From NCBI RefSeq assembly GCF_018350175.1, contig NC_058368.1:40178001-40242000 (forward strand): DNA of 64,000 nt, written 5' to 3'. The notes beneath the pieces are model-generated. The model was not told where the DNA came from and did no database searches. It was given only the letters and a program-made list of their open reading frames with translations. Both the position numbers and the translations under genes were made by a program. The DNA comes from Felis catus (taxonomy: Eukaryota). This document shows positions 13,267 through 24,694 of this stretch, piece by piece; within the stretch, counting starts at the first letter, position 1; every line of letters starts with the position of its first letter.

Positions 13267-13640
13267 GAAAGGTACAAACTTTCAGTTACAAAATAAATGT
13301 TTTGGGAAGGTAATATATGGCATGACAATTATAGTTAACAATACCACAATGCAACTTGTGGGAAAAAATATATATATGTATATATTTTTTTTACATCATG
13401 GATATGAGCCAAATTCTAAAAATCCCCTCCCCTTCCAATCCAATAATACCGCAATGAAACTTGCTGATAGAGTAAATCTTAAAAGTTCTCATCATAAGAA
13501 AAATAATTTTTAACTATGTGTGGTGAAGAGTGTTAACTCTACTTGCTGTGATGATCACATCATAGTATATACAAATGTAGAATCATTGTTGTCCACCTAA
13601 AACTAATATAATGTTACATGTAAATTATACCTCAATAAAA
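13267..13640 (+). mobile_element. L1MA9-like 3' end carrying a templated insertion
   Basis: atagttaacaatac...agagtaaatcttaaaagttctcatca...cacctaaaactaatataatgtta...ctcaataaaa matches the recalled L1MA9-type 3'UTR. Confidence 0.75.
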
Positions 13641-13749
13641 TGTCAAATTATAGATATTTTAGATTTTTTCAAGCCAGGTGGTGTTTTCACAACTACTCAA
13701 ATCTGCTGCTTGTAAAGCTTTTAAGGCATCCATAAAGAGTACACAAGTA

Positions 13750-13970
13750 GGGGCGTCTGGGTGGCTCAGTCAGTTAAGCAGCGGACTTCCACTCAGGTCA
13801 TGATCTCACGTCCGTGAGTTCGAGCCCCGTGTCGGGCTCTGTGCTGACAGCTCGGAGCCTGGAGCCTGTTTCAGCTTCTGTGTCTCCCTCTCTCTGACCT
13901 TCCCCCATTCATGCTCTGTCTCTCTCTGTCTCAAAAATAAATAAACGTTAAAAAAAATTATAAAAAAAAA
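13750..13970 (+). mobile_element. CanSINE (SINEC_Fc-like)
   Basis: Full SINE; TSD aaagagtacacaag at 13734-13747 and 13971-13984. Confidence 0.95.
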
Positions 13971-15981
13971 AAAGAGTACACAAGCAAATGGGTGTGGCTG
14001 TGTTCCAAAAAAAAAAAAAAATGTATCTACAGAAGTTTTTTATTCACCAGCAAGATTTGGCCCACAGACTAGTCTGCTGACCTGTATACTACGTAATTCA
14101 TTGGCTATAGACTCCTAGAGACTGTAGGTCTCACTTGAGAGTATTTGAAGGTGATAAGAAGTACAAAAGAGATCTCTGCTCTAATCTCTAGAATACTAGA
14201 ATGCAAAGTCATTTCAATATCACAAAAACAGGTCTGCTCTTTCAAAGAGGACAGCATATGTGATTAGAGAAAAAAAGGGTAATATTATATTTGCTACCCC
14301 AAATTTGTGACCATTATACTTCCTAATCCTAGAAAATCGCCTATCAGATTCCCTGAGAGGTATTAAAACCTTGGTTCACAATTCTTTGGAAGGATAAAGA
14401 GAGAATAAATGTCTATAAGCAATTAGTTTGAGAAAAAGGAAATAATGTATTCTTAATAGATAACTCAGACTCATACTCAATTCTTACATAGGAGTGGGAT
14501 GAGAGAAATCATCTGTAATTGTACATTTCAGAAGAAATTTGTCTTGAATTCATGAAAATTAAAATTATTTTCAATACTCCAATGAAAGTACTGTGTGTTC
14601 TTTACCATGTACCGAAAGATTTAAGTATGTTTAGCCACGTAGTTCTTATTAAAATTCAGCACTTGGTACTTAGCATTCTCTTCTACTACAACAGAGCCAT
14701 TATACAATGAAAAGAAATATGAGGAGGCTGAGGTATCTCTTCTACACATTTTTTTTTACGTTTTTTTTCTTGCCAGAGAAGTGATTCCTTGGACCTTCTT
14801 TATTTGGCTTGCTTGCTCTTTTCTGTTTCCTTTTCAGGACAGTGAATAATGTGTCAAAGTGTGAGGTGCATATGAATTGAACCCAAAAAAAGGAGAGTTA
14901 TTATTAACATTCAATTGTTACATTGAGCATTGTATTTATTGGATTGGAAGGGGAGGGGATTTTTAGAATTTGGCTCATATCCATGATGTAAAAAAAATAT
15001 ACACACATATATATTTTTCCCACAATACTCTAATGTTCTAGACATTGTCTCAGGAATAAAAATGTGTCTTTTGTTGAAACAAAAAGACATCCTTCTAAAT
15101 TCTCCCATTAAAAATAATCAATATGATTATTATTAAGACCAAAGATAAATTTAAAATGAAAATTGTATGTATGCCATCACTTAATTTAAGGAAATATATA
15201 TCTTTGAAAGAATGGACAAATTATTTCTGCCCTCACTAAAAATGCTGTTTTGAAGATTAAAACTGTAGCAACTTTAGATATTTTTGTTCTTTTTTAGCAA
15301 GTAAGACAAAAATCACCACTGAAAAAGGAAAATGCTAAAACGTCCTCATTTATCACTTGTGAGGGTAAGGTGTATCCTACTGTTATTAAATGTTTAATGT
15401 AGCTGTTGGCAAGTGTGTATAATGAGCTTTGTTTCAAGTCTGGGACACTGTTAATATAACTCTTTCTCATTCACCTACTGCAAAGTGTGGAAATTGTCCC
15501 TACTCTTTCGAAAATTCATTACAGTATTATTTCCTTACAGTTAAGACCATTTGTGGCATACAGTGGTTTTGAGATTTGTTCAATTTTATTTGCTTTAAAT
15601 GAAATGGACATTTTCCTTTGTTAAAGAAAATAAAACAGCCTCTAGTAAGTTTTGCTGGATTTAAGAAGACTTTGGTTATTAAAGGTCAAGAACATTGAAG
15701 GGTACTTCTTATTTGATAAAACTTTGTAGGACCTATTTAAGTCTAACAATTCCCTCCAATGGAATTATATGTTACTTTGTGTCTTATTAAATTCATTTAT
15801 TTTATTTTCATCATCCTTAGAATCTCTTGATTTAATTCCTTCAAATGAATGCTGTTCCACCAATTCAACTTATACTCAGATGAAATTAACAAAATACATA
15901 TTAAGATTTGTAATTGGGAAATGTTAATATGTAAACTTTTAAAGTAGTAAAATATTTTATAGTTATGTGCTTCAGATTAAA

Positions 15982-16156
15982 GATTCTCAAACTGTAGCAT
16001 GTGTAAGTATAAATTATGTAGGTTATTTTTTTTAAAAAATCTAAGATATCACTCCAAAAGGTTTTTATTCAGGAGACTCAAAAAAAACATGCATTTTTAT
16101 AAAGAAGTCCATGTGATTCTGATGCAAACGGTAAACCAACTGAACAGAGAAGCACA
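15982..16156. mobile_element. MER5-like hAT-Charlie DNA transposon relic
   Basis: ttctcaaactgtagcatg...atgcatttttataaagaagtccatgtgattctgatgca...gagaagcac. Confidence 0.55.
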
Positions 16157-16574
16157 CCTAAATAAAGCATTATAAGGAACCCGTTCTGAATATTAAGGAC
16201 ACAGCTATAAAACCTATGCAGAAAAACAGGGAGCAAGGTATTTGCATAAAATTTGTGCTGAATATAAAGGCAGTTTTGAAGAGAACACATATATCTCTTT
16301 TGTCAAAAATACATTTCTATTGTGATGTTATTATAACACTGATGTTATTACTTTCTAAAACACTTATTAGTAGGAAACAATTTTTTTAAAAATAGTGACC
16401 TGTTTTTTAAAGGAAACAAAAGAGAAAAAAATTTGATATTTGAAGTCAACATCCTAAATTAGATTTAACATAATGTCCAGACTTACTCTATATTGAAAAT
16501 ATATACCCTATAGTATATCTATATACTCCTATTGCATAATAGTCACTGGTATCACCTGCTAGAAGTGCAGTCTT

Positions 16575-16607
16575 TTTAAAAAAAAAAATGTTTATTTTTT
16601 TATTTTG

Positions 16608-16640
<33 letters not shown>

Positions 16641-16816
16641 CGAGAGTGAGAGCATGCAAGCAGGGGAAGGGCAGAGAGGGAGACAGAGACTCCCAAGCAG
16701 GGTCTGTGACTGACAACACAGAGCCTGAGGCGTAGCTAGAACCCACAAACCTAGAGATTATGACCTGAACCAAAATCAAGAGTCAGATGCTCAGCCAACT
16801 GAGCCACCCAGGCACT
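16575..16816 (-). mobile_element. CanSINE
   Basis: (GA)n plus antisense head; TSD gaagtgcagtctt / gaagttcagtctt. Confidence 0.9.
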
Positions 16817-17293
16817 GAAGTTCAGTCTTGATCCCACATTCCGGGCTTCTGATCTGGTAACTGATCAGACAAAGGACTTGCATTTTTATAATTCCATCCT
16901 ATAATGTGGTCCTGATCCAATTGATTTATGTACCATATTCTGAGAACACTGATCAGGGTAAAAAGACTGGAAATGAGAAAATTAATCACAAAATACAATT
17001 GATTTGAACTGTACCAGACTAGCATTAGGACTATGTCCAAATCAAGAAGTAATTCAGTGGTTTCCACGTTAAGACACTCAAAGTTGCCTCGCTTATCCTA
17101 TTAGGAAGAACTTTCTATCTATTTCTCAGATATATTTAAAGAGTGCTCAATAATTACTATAACATTTCTTGATATAAGAGCATAAGATTAAAATCACATT
17201 GCTTTTATTTAAAAACCTTACTCAAGATCTAGGGGAAATGTGAATGAAATGCAAATAAAAGTGGCGTGAGCCTAGTTAGAAAGAAGGAACACA

Positions 17294-17303
17294 CCATATA
17301 TGG
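17294..17303. promoter_or_regulatory. Canonical CArG box (CCATATATGG) at the centre of a perfect 22-bp palindrome
   Basis: aacacaCCATATATGGtgtgtt at 17288-17309 matches the SRF consensus CC(A/T)6GG. Motif only; function unknown. Confidence 0.35.
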
Positions 17304-17657
17304 TGTGTTATAAATTAATACTCTTTAGGTTTCAAGTAATACAAAGTCAATCAATATATTTGAGCAAAAAGGAATTCTACTATAAGTCAACAAGGTATCT
17401 TACAGACTCAAGGGAAGAAAAACAGCCAGACCTCACTAGGAAATCATGAGTTATATTCTGAATTTCTCATTCTTTCTCTCTAGAACTACATAATCTCACA
17501 TACTCACATCAATTTCCACATTCACTTCTTACTTTGCCTTCTTCAGAATAAGCTTTCCCTCACTGTCCACATGAGTGAGTTGAAAATAGCCATTTGAAGC
17601 TCCTGTGTTGCCAAGTCTCTTCTTCCTTAATTTTTATTCTCTTAAGAATAATTTTTT

Positions 17658-17898
17658 GCACTCTTATGTGTATCCTGAGAAACTTAACAGAAACCCATAG
17701 GGGAGGGGAAGGAAAAAAAAAGAAGTTAGAGTGGGAGAGAGCCAAAGCATAAGAAACTCTTAAAAACAGAACTGAGGGTTGATGGGGGTGGGAGGGATGG
17801 GATGGTGGGTGATGGGTATTGAGGAGGGTACCTTTTGGGATGAGCACTGGGTGTTGTATGGAAACCAATTTGACAATAAATTTCATATATTGAAAAAA
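17658..17898 (+). mobile_element. Short felid L1 (L1_Fc-type) 3' end
   Basis: G-rich 3'UTR, aataaa and A tail; TSD aagaataatttttt at 17644-17657 and 17899-17912. Confidence 0.93.
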
Positions 17899-19262
17899 AA
17901 GAATAATTTTTTTTCAAATACAATTTTTAAAACATACTTTTAGGTTGTATTTTGAAAATATTTAAGTCAAATGTTTCTATAATCCTTCAGCCAGGATCCA
18001 ATATTTATTCAAGAAACATTTAGAATCAATAATGCTCTTGACATTCATCATGAGTTTGGAAGAAAAAAAATACATGAATAATGTGCAGTCTAAAAGATAA
18101 AATCGAGTAGGAAAAGAAGCAAGCAATTCAATTAAATATCAGTTGCACAATATGAGAATCATGGCGTGTGTTCCTGAGTCTTTTTACAGAGTGAAATGAG
18201 ACATTACAAAGAAGGCCATGTTTGAGAAGACATTTGAAGGATAAGTATGGGTTTTTCAGATGGACAAAACAGAAGAATATCTGAGGTAGAGGGGAGAGAA
18301 TATATAAAGTCAAGCGGATATGAAATATCACAGTTTGTGAAGGGAAAGATAAATCTTGCACTGTGAAAAAAGGATGAGGTGTAAGTAAGAGAATAACAAG
18401 GAATTTGGTTAGATGAGAAGCCAAAAATGTATCATGAATCTATGAGATAAATCAGTAACTTGTGAGAATCATACATATCAGTCAACATCTTGTTTTCACA
18501 TCTAGTATCCATTTTATCCTTTCCTGATGTACTACAATTTTCCTCAGGATATCTCATCTCCATACTCTGAGTCAAAGATTTGGTGAATATTCTTTGTATC
18601 CAGGCTCAGACGTGACTGAATGTTGGTCAATTAGAGCAAATATTTGCCAAACTACAATGACTAGTTCAGAGATCGTACCATTACATACAAATTATAGAGG
18701 TTTTTTTTTCTGTGACTGCTGTGAAAGATACTGGCAATCTGTTCAACTACCAATATTCTGTCATCTATGTGAAATGCTTAATTCCTAGATGACAATGATT
18801 TTTATAAAAGAAAAAGTGTGCCAGAAGTAGTTATACTTCCTCTCTGGGGAAAGATATAATGTGGTTTTAGTCCTCAAAAAAATTCTGTAAATAATTCTGT
18901 CAATGAAACATCTGGAATACAATTAGAAATAACAATGCATATAAGGAAACAACAAAATATGAGTGAAGATCAGAAGATAACAAAAAGAAAAAGCTACAAA
19001 AGGAGACTCACAATGAATCAAGGTATCGAATTAAACAATTAAACAATCACAATTTTTAAATTATATTTCCAATGATCCAAGAAGTCAAAGAAAAATTGAG
19101 AATTTTGGTAGAGAACTGGAAATCATGGCAAAAAAATAAAAAAATAAATAAAATCCCATGGAAACTATAAAATTAAAATAGAAAATAAGCAGAAGATTTC
19201 TGCTTCCAAATGAAAGGGGGTCACACAGAGTAGATTTATCCTGGAATAACCAAAGGGGAGGG

Positions 19263-19372
19263 GAAAGAAAAGAAAAGAGAAGAGAAGAAAAAGGAAAGAG
19301 GAGAAGAGAAAAGAAAAGAAAAGAAAAGAAAAGAAAAGAAAAGAAAAGAAAAGAAAAAAAGAAAAAGAAAAA
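19263..19372 (+). repeat. (GAAAA)n purine microsatellite
   Basis: Directly visible. Confidence 0.95.
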
Positions 19373-21940
19373 CATTTAAATTAGTTTCAAGACACCAGAT
19401 AGGCAATAAATGACAGTGATTCCTGAGAAACCAAAAATGAGATGAACTCAACAATGGCCTTAAATTACAGCCTCGACAGCGTTCTAGGCTGATGGAAATG
19501 AGAGGACAGTGAAACCAAATAAACTGGACTTTGCAGAACAAGGTCAGAGAGAGAACTCAGAAAGGCTGCAAAAGCCTCCCACCTGTGAACATTGATGTTC
19601 ATTGATGTGTAGGAAACTAAACAAAACCAAGGAAGAAATCACCTACAAAAATAAGAGCGAAAAATGTCTGTAGTTCACACAGAGCCAGGAAAAGGGCCTA
19701 CTCCCAACTAGAAAATATTATTATTCATGGAGCACTGGATTGAGTAGATAGAAGATCAATTCACAAATGGTAAGGAATAACTATCCCTAAACTAAGCACT
19801 CTTTTTGGCTCCACTTAATGAATCTTAAAAGCAAGACCAAAGAGAATCTGTTTCCAAGTAACCTACCGTGTACAAAAAAATGATCAAAAATATTTATAGG
19901 AATTAAATATATCCAGCCCTAATAGGGTAATATCACAATGTCTGGTATCCAGTTAAAAATTAATAGGCATATAAGAAGCAGGAAAATATTCAACATAATG
20001 AGGAGAATAATCAATACACTGAAACTGATCAGATATGATACATATATTAAAATCAGCAGATACATCATTTAGAATAGTTATTATGCTGAATTGTCTATGA
20101 TCAGATATGTGAGTGAAATCTAAAAAAAGACAAAAATCTAATTTCTAAAAATAAAATTATAAATTATGAAATGAAAAACACACTGAAACATATTACAAGT
20201 AGAAGAGACATTGAAGAAAAACAACTTGATAAACTTAGTAAATTCAAAGACCTAGCAATATAAACAATCCAAAGTGAAACACAGAAGAAAAAGAGAATTA
20301 AAAAAGAAATTAACAGAACATAAATAAGTGATGAGATAACTTCAAGAAGCCAATATTTGTATATTTTGAGTCACCAAGGGAAAGGAGTTACAGAAAAACA
20401 TTTTAAAAAAGAATTGCCAAAAGTGTCCAAAAATGATAAAAAATATAAATTCACAAATATAAGAAATTCAGTGAAACTCAAGACCCACAAACATGAAGAA
20501 AACTTTAGCAAAACATATCATAATCACATTTCTCAAAATTGGTAGTAAAAAAAATCTTAAAAGCAGTCAGAAGAAGATGAGAGATTTTGTGTAGTAGAAA
20601 AAAAATAAGTAAGTAAAACATCTAATGTCTTATTCAAAACAATAAGCAAAAGTCTGTAGAACAACATCTTTAAAATACTAAAGGAAAAAGACTATCAACC
20701 TTGGGTTCCATAGCCAGAAAAAAAAATCTTTTAAAAACACAAGTGAAATAAGAACTTTTAAGACCCACAAAAGCAGAAATACTTTAAAACAGCATACCTA
20801 CATTCCAAAAAATATCATAGGAAGTTCTTCAGTCATGAAAAAGGAAGAAAAGGTATGTAGCTATGAATAAGGGTCTATGCACAGGAATAAGAAACACAGA
20901 AAATAGTAACTACCTAGAAAAGACGTGGTATATTTTTCTTATTATTTAAATCTCCTTATAAGATCTTGACTATATAAACAAAAGTAAGAATATAGTATGG
21001 AGATTATGACAACTGTAAAATATACGGCTACAAAAACACAAAGGCTGGGATAGGAGAAATAAACATATACTACTGTATAATTTTTTAATGCATAATGTGT
21101 TATAATAGCTCTTTATAGGAGACTGTGATAAGTTAAAGGTATAACATAAACTCTGAAACAACCATCCACACTTATTACCCAATAATCCAACTGAAAAGAT
21201 CAAATGGAGTCATAAAAATATATACATGCAATCTAAAGATAAGCATAAAAAGAAGAAAAAGGGAACAAAGAACAGATAAACAAATAAACCTGTATAGCAA
21301 GCTGATAGATGAAAATCTAACAACATCACTAATCACATTAAATTTAAATAGTCTAAACACCCCAACTAAAAGAATGATATTTCCATAGTGGGTAAAATCA
21401 AGACCAAATCAAATGCTTCCCATAAGAAACAAACTTTAAATGAAAAAACTCAAATAGATGAAAGTAAAAGGAATTGGAAAAAAATATTTTATGCTTGTAC
21501 TAAAAAACTGGGATAGCTGTATTAATATTAGGAAAATTAGATTTCAGAGGAAAGAATATCACCAGAGATAAAGAAGTCCATATTAAGTTGAAGGAAGTCA
21601 ATTCATCAAGAACATGTAATAAATAAAAATATTTATGTATATAAGCATGTATAATATATGTATAATAACAGAAAGATCATAAAGTGAAATGCACATATTT
21701 TCAAGGAGAAATGGACAAATCCACAATAACAATTAATTCAATATTGCTTCTCAATAATTAGTAGAAGTAGGAAGAAAATCAATAAATATATATTTCAAAA
21801 ACACTATTAACCAACTTGTCTTAATTTACATTTATAGAATAGTTTACCCAACAAACAGCAGAATACAGCAAGGTAATCCACATTTTGGCCACAATTCAAT
21901 TCTCAACATAATAGATTTAAGTCAAACAAAATGTTTTCTT

Positions 21941-22166
21941 TTTTTTTAATAATTTTTTTTCCAACGTTTATTTATTTTTAGGACAGAGAGAGACAGAGCA
22001 TGAACGGGGGAGGGGCAGAGAGAGAGAGGGAGACACAGAATCGGAAACAGGCTCCAGGCTCCGAGCCATCAGCCCAGAGCCCGACGCGGGGCTCGAACTC
22101 ACGGACCGCGAGATCGTGACCTGGCTGAAGTCGGACGCTTAACCGACTGCGCTACCCAGGCGCCCC
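21941..22166 (-). mobile_element. Young SINEC_Fc
   Basis: CpG-rich and near consensus; TSD caaaatgttttctt at 21927-21940 and 22167-22180. Confidence 0.97.
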
Positions 22167-22653
22167 CAAAATGTTTTCTTGACACAGTGGAACTGAATTC
22201 AAAAAAGTAACTGAAGTATCACTCAAAAATCCTCAACTGATGGAAATTAATAACTCACTTTTAAAATAACCCATGGGTAAAAGAAGACACAAAACAACAA
22301 ATTAGAAAAACGTTTTGAGTTGAATGAAAATGAAAAACAACATAAAAATTTGTGGTATGCTGCTAGGTAGTATCTAGGGAGAAATTTATAGCACCAAATG
22401 CCTGTATTTGAAAAGAAGATTTCTAATCAATGACTTTCATAAGTATAGATGCAAATTTTTTAAACACAACTTTAGAAAATCGCATCTAATAATATATAAG
22501 AAGCATAATATTTCAGAGCCTAGTAGGGTTTACCTCAGGAATGTAGGCTTGATTTACATTTAAAAATTGATTAGTTCAAATCACCATATTTACACACTGG
22601 AAATACTGGAAACACAGATCTGATCATTTCATATAGCACAGAAAAAGCAAATG

Positions 22654-23655
22654 ACAAAAACAGACACTCAGATCAATGGAACAGAATAGAGAACCCAGAA
22701 ATGGACCCACAAACCTATGGCCAACTAATCTGAGACAAAGCAGGAAAGAATATCCAATGGAATAAAGACAGTCTCTTCAGCAAGTGGTGCTGGGAAAACT
22801 GGACAGCGACATGCAGAAGAATGAACCTGGACCACTTTCTTACACCATACACAAAAATAAACTCAAAATGGATAAAAGACCTCAATGTAAAACAGGAAAC
22901 CATCAAAATCCTCAAGGAGAAAGCAGGCAAAAACCTCTTTGATCTTGGCCACAGCAATTTCTTACTCAACACATCTCTGGAGGCAAGGGAAAAAGCAAAA
23001 ATGAACTACTGGGACCTCATCAAAATAAAAAGCTTCTGCACAGCAAAGGAAACAAATCCGCAAAACTAAAAGGCAACCAACAGAATGGGAGAAGATATTT
23101 GCAAATGACATATCAGATAAAGGGTTAGTATCCAAAATCTATAAAGAACTTACCAAACTCAACACCCAAAAAAACAAATAATCCAGTGAAGAAGTGTGCA
23201 AAAGACATGAATAGACACTTCTCCAAAGAAGACATCCAGATGGCCAACCAACACATGAAAAAATGCTCCACATCACTCATCATCAGGGAAATACAAATCA
23301 AAACCACAATGAGATACCACCGCACACCTGTCAGAATGGCTAACAGTAACAACTCAAGCAACAACAATTGTTGGTGAGGATGTGGAGAAAGAGGATCTCT
23401 TTTGCATTGTCGGTGGCAATGCAAGCTGGTGCAGCCACTCTGCAAAACAGTATGGAGGTTCCTCAAAAACTAAAAACAGAACTACCCTACGACCCAGCAA
23501 TTGCACTACTAGGTATTTATCCACGGGATACAGGTGTGCTGTTTCGAACGGACACATGCACCCCCATGTTTATAGCAGCACTATCAACAATAGCCAAACT
23601 ATGGAAAGAGCCCAAATGTCCATCCATGGATGAATGGATAAAGAAGATGTGGTAT

Positions 23656-23703
<48 letters not shown>

Positions 23704-24103
23704 GTGTATTACTTGGCAATCAGAAAGAATGAAATCTTGCCATTTGCAACTATGTGGATGGAACTGGAAGGGATTATGCTAAGTGAAATTAGAGAAAGAC
23801 AAAAATCATATGACTTCACTCATATGAGGACTTTAAGAGACAAAACAGATGAACATAAGGGAAGGGAAACAAAAATAATACAAAAACAGGGAGGGGAAAC
23901 AAAACAGAAGAGACTCATATATGGAGAACAAACTGGGGGTTACTGGAAGGGATATGGGCTAAATGGGTAAGGAACACTAAGGAATCTACTCCTGAAATCA
24001 CTGTTGCACTATATGCTAACTAATTTGGATGTAAATTAAAAAAAAAATAAATATAAAATTTAAAAAAAGTTTTGAAAAGACAAAAAAAAAAAAAAAAAAA
24101 AAA
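22654..24103 (+). mobile_element. 5'-truncated felid L1 (ORF2 C-terminus, 3'UTR, A tail), with internal (CA)n at about 23658-23697; no TSD found
   Basis: ORF2 pieces [28 protein letters not shown] and [15 protein letters not shown]...KKMWY; long A tail. Confidence 0.96.
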
Positions 24104-24650
24104 CCAAACCAAAAATAAATGAGTTCATCAGTTTCCTTATAGAGTCAAGGTACAAATTCTAATTCCTCTCTATATCCTAATTTAAAAATATGGAAATTTT
24201 ATAAATGATACTTTTAATGATATAGTAAAAATTTTTGAAAGACTAGAAATGAAAAATTTATGTCTTGTATATGGGATATTATAAAACATTGTGAAAACAA
24301 AAGAAAATCAAAACAAATAAAGAAATATGCCATAGTGATGAATTCAAAGACAAAATATTACAAACTGGATCAAACTACAGGTAGATTCTTTGTAGATTAT
24401 TACAAGTATATAGATTATATAGTATACTAATATTAATTAGTATATTATATTATAGTATATTACAAGGATAAGAAAATAGATCTGTGAAAAAGGAATTCAG
24501 AAACATCATCACTCATATACAGACAACAGATTATGTGCTTTCTGTCCCTCTTTCAAATAAATTAAAAAAAAAAAAGACTACAAATCAGTAGGTAAAGTAT
24601 AGACTTCTCACTAAGTGGTACCAAGTTAACTGGTTATCGATATTAAAAGA

Positions 24651-24694
<44 letters not shown>

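Larger units (their letters stand above)
13234..14084 (+). mobile_element. MER58A-like hAT-Charlie DNA transposon, interrupted by an L1 3' end and a SINE
   Basis: Collinear pieces aaactttttctctaaag / caactactcaaatctgc / aatgggtgtggctgtgttccaa / gatttggcccacag..tagtctgctgacctg match the recalled MER58A consensus. Confidence 0.75.

Noticed and set aside
13322..15108. Two ORFs sharing a 20-aa peptide, read as duplicated small genes
   Set aside because: The shared peptide simply reflects the 91-bp inverted DNA copy; the flanks are L1 3'UTR and non-coding sequence.
23368..23970. 200-aa ORF with a poly-(HT) tract
   Set aside because: It is the L1 ORF2 C-terminus reading through a (CA)n microsatellite into the 3'UTR.
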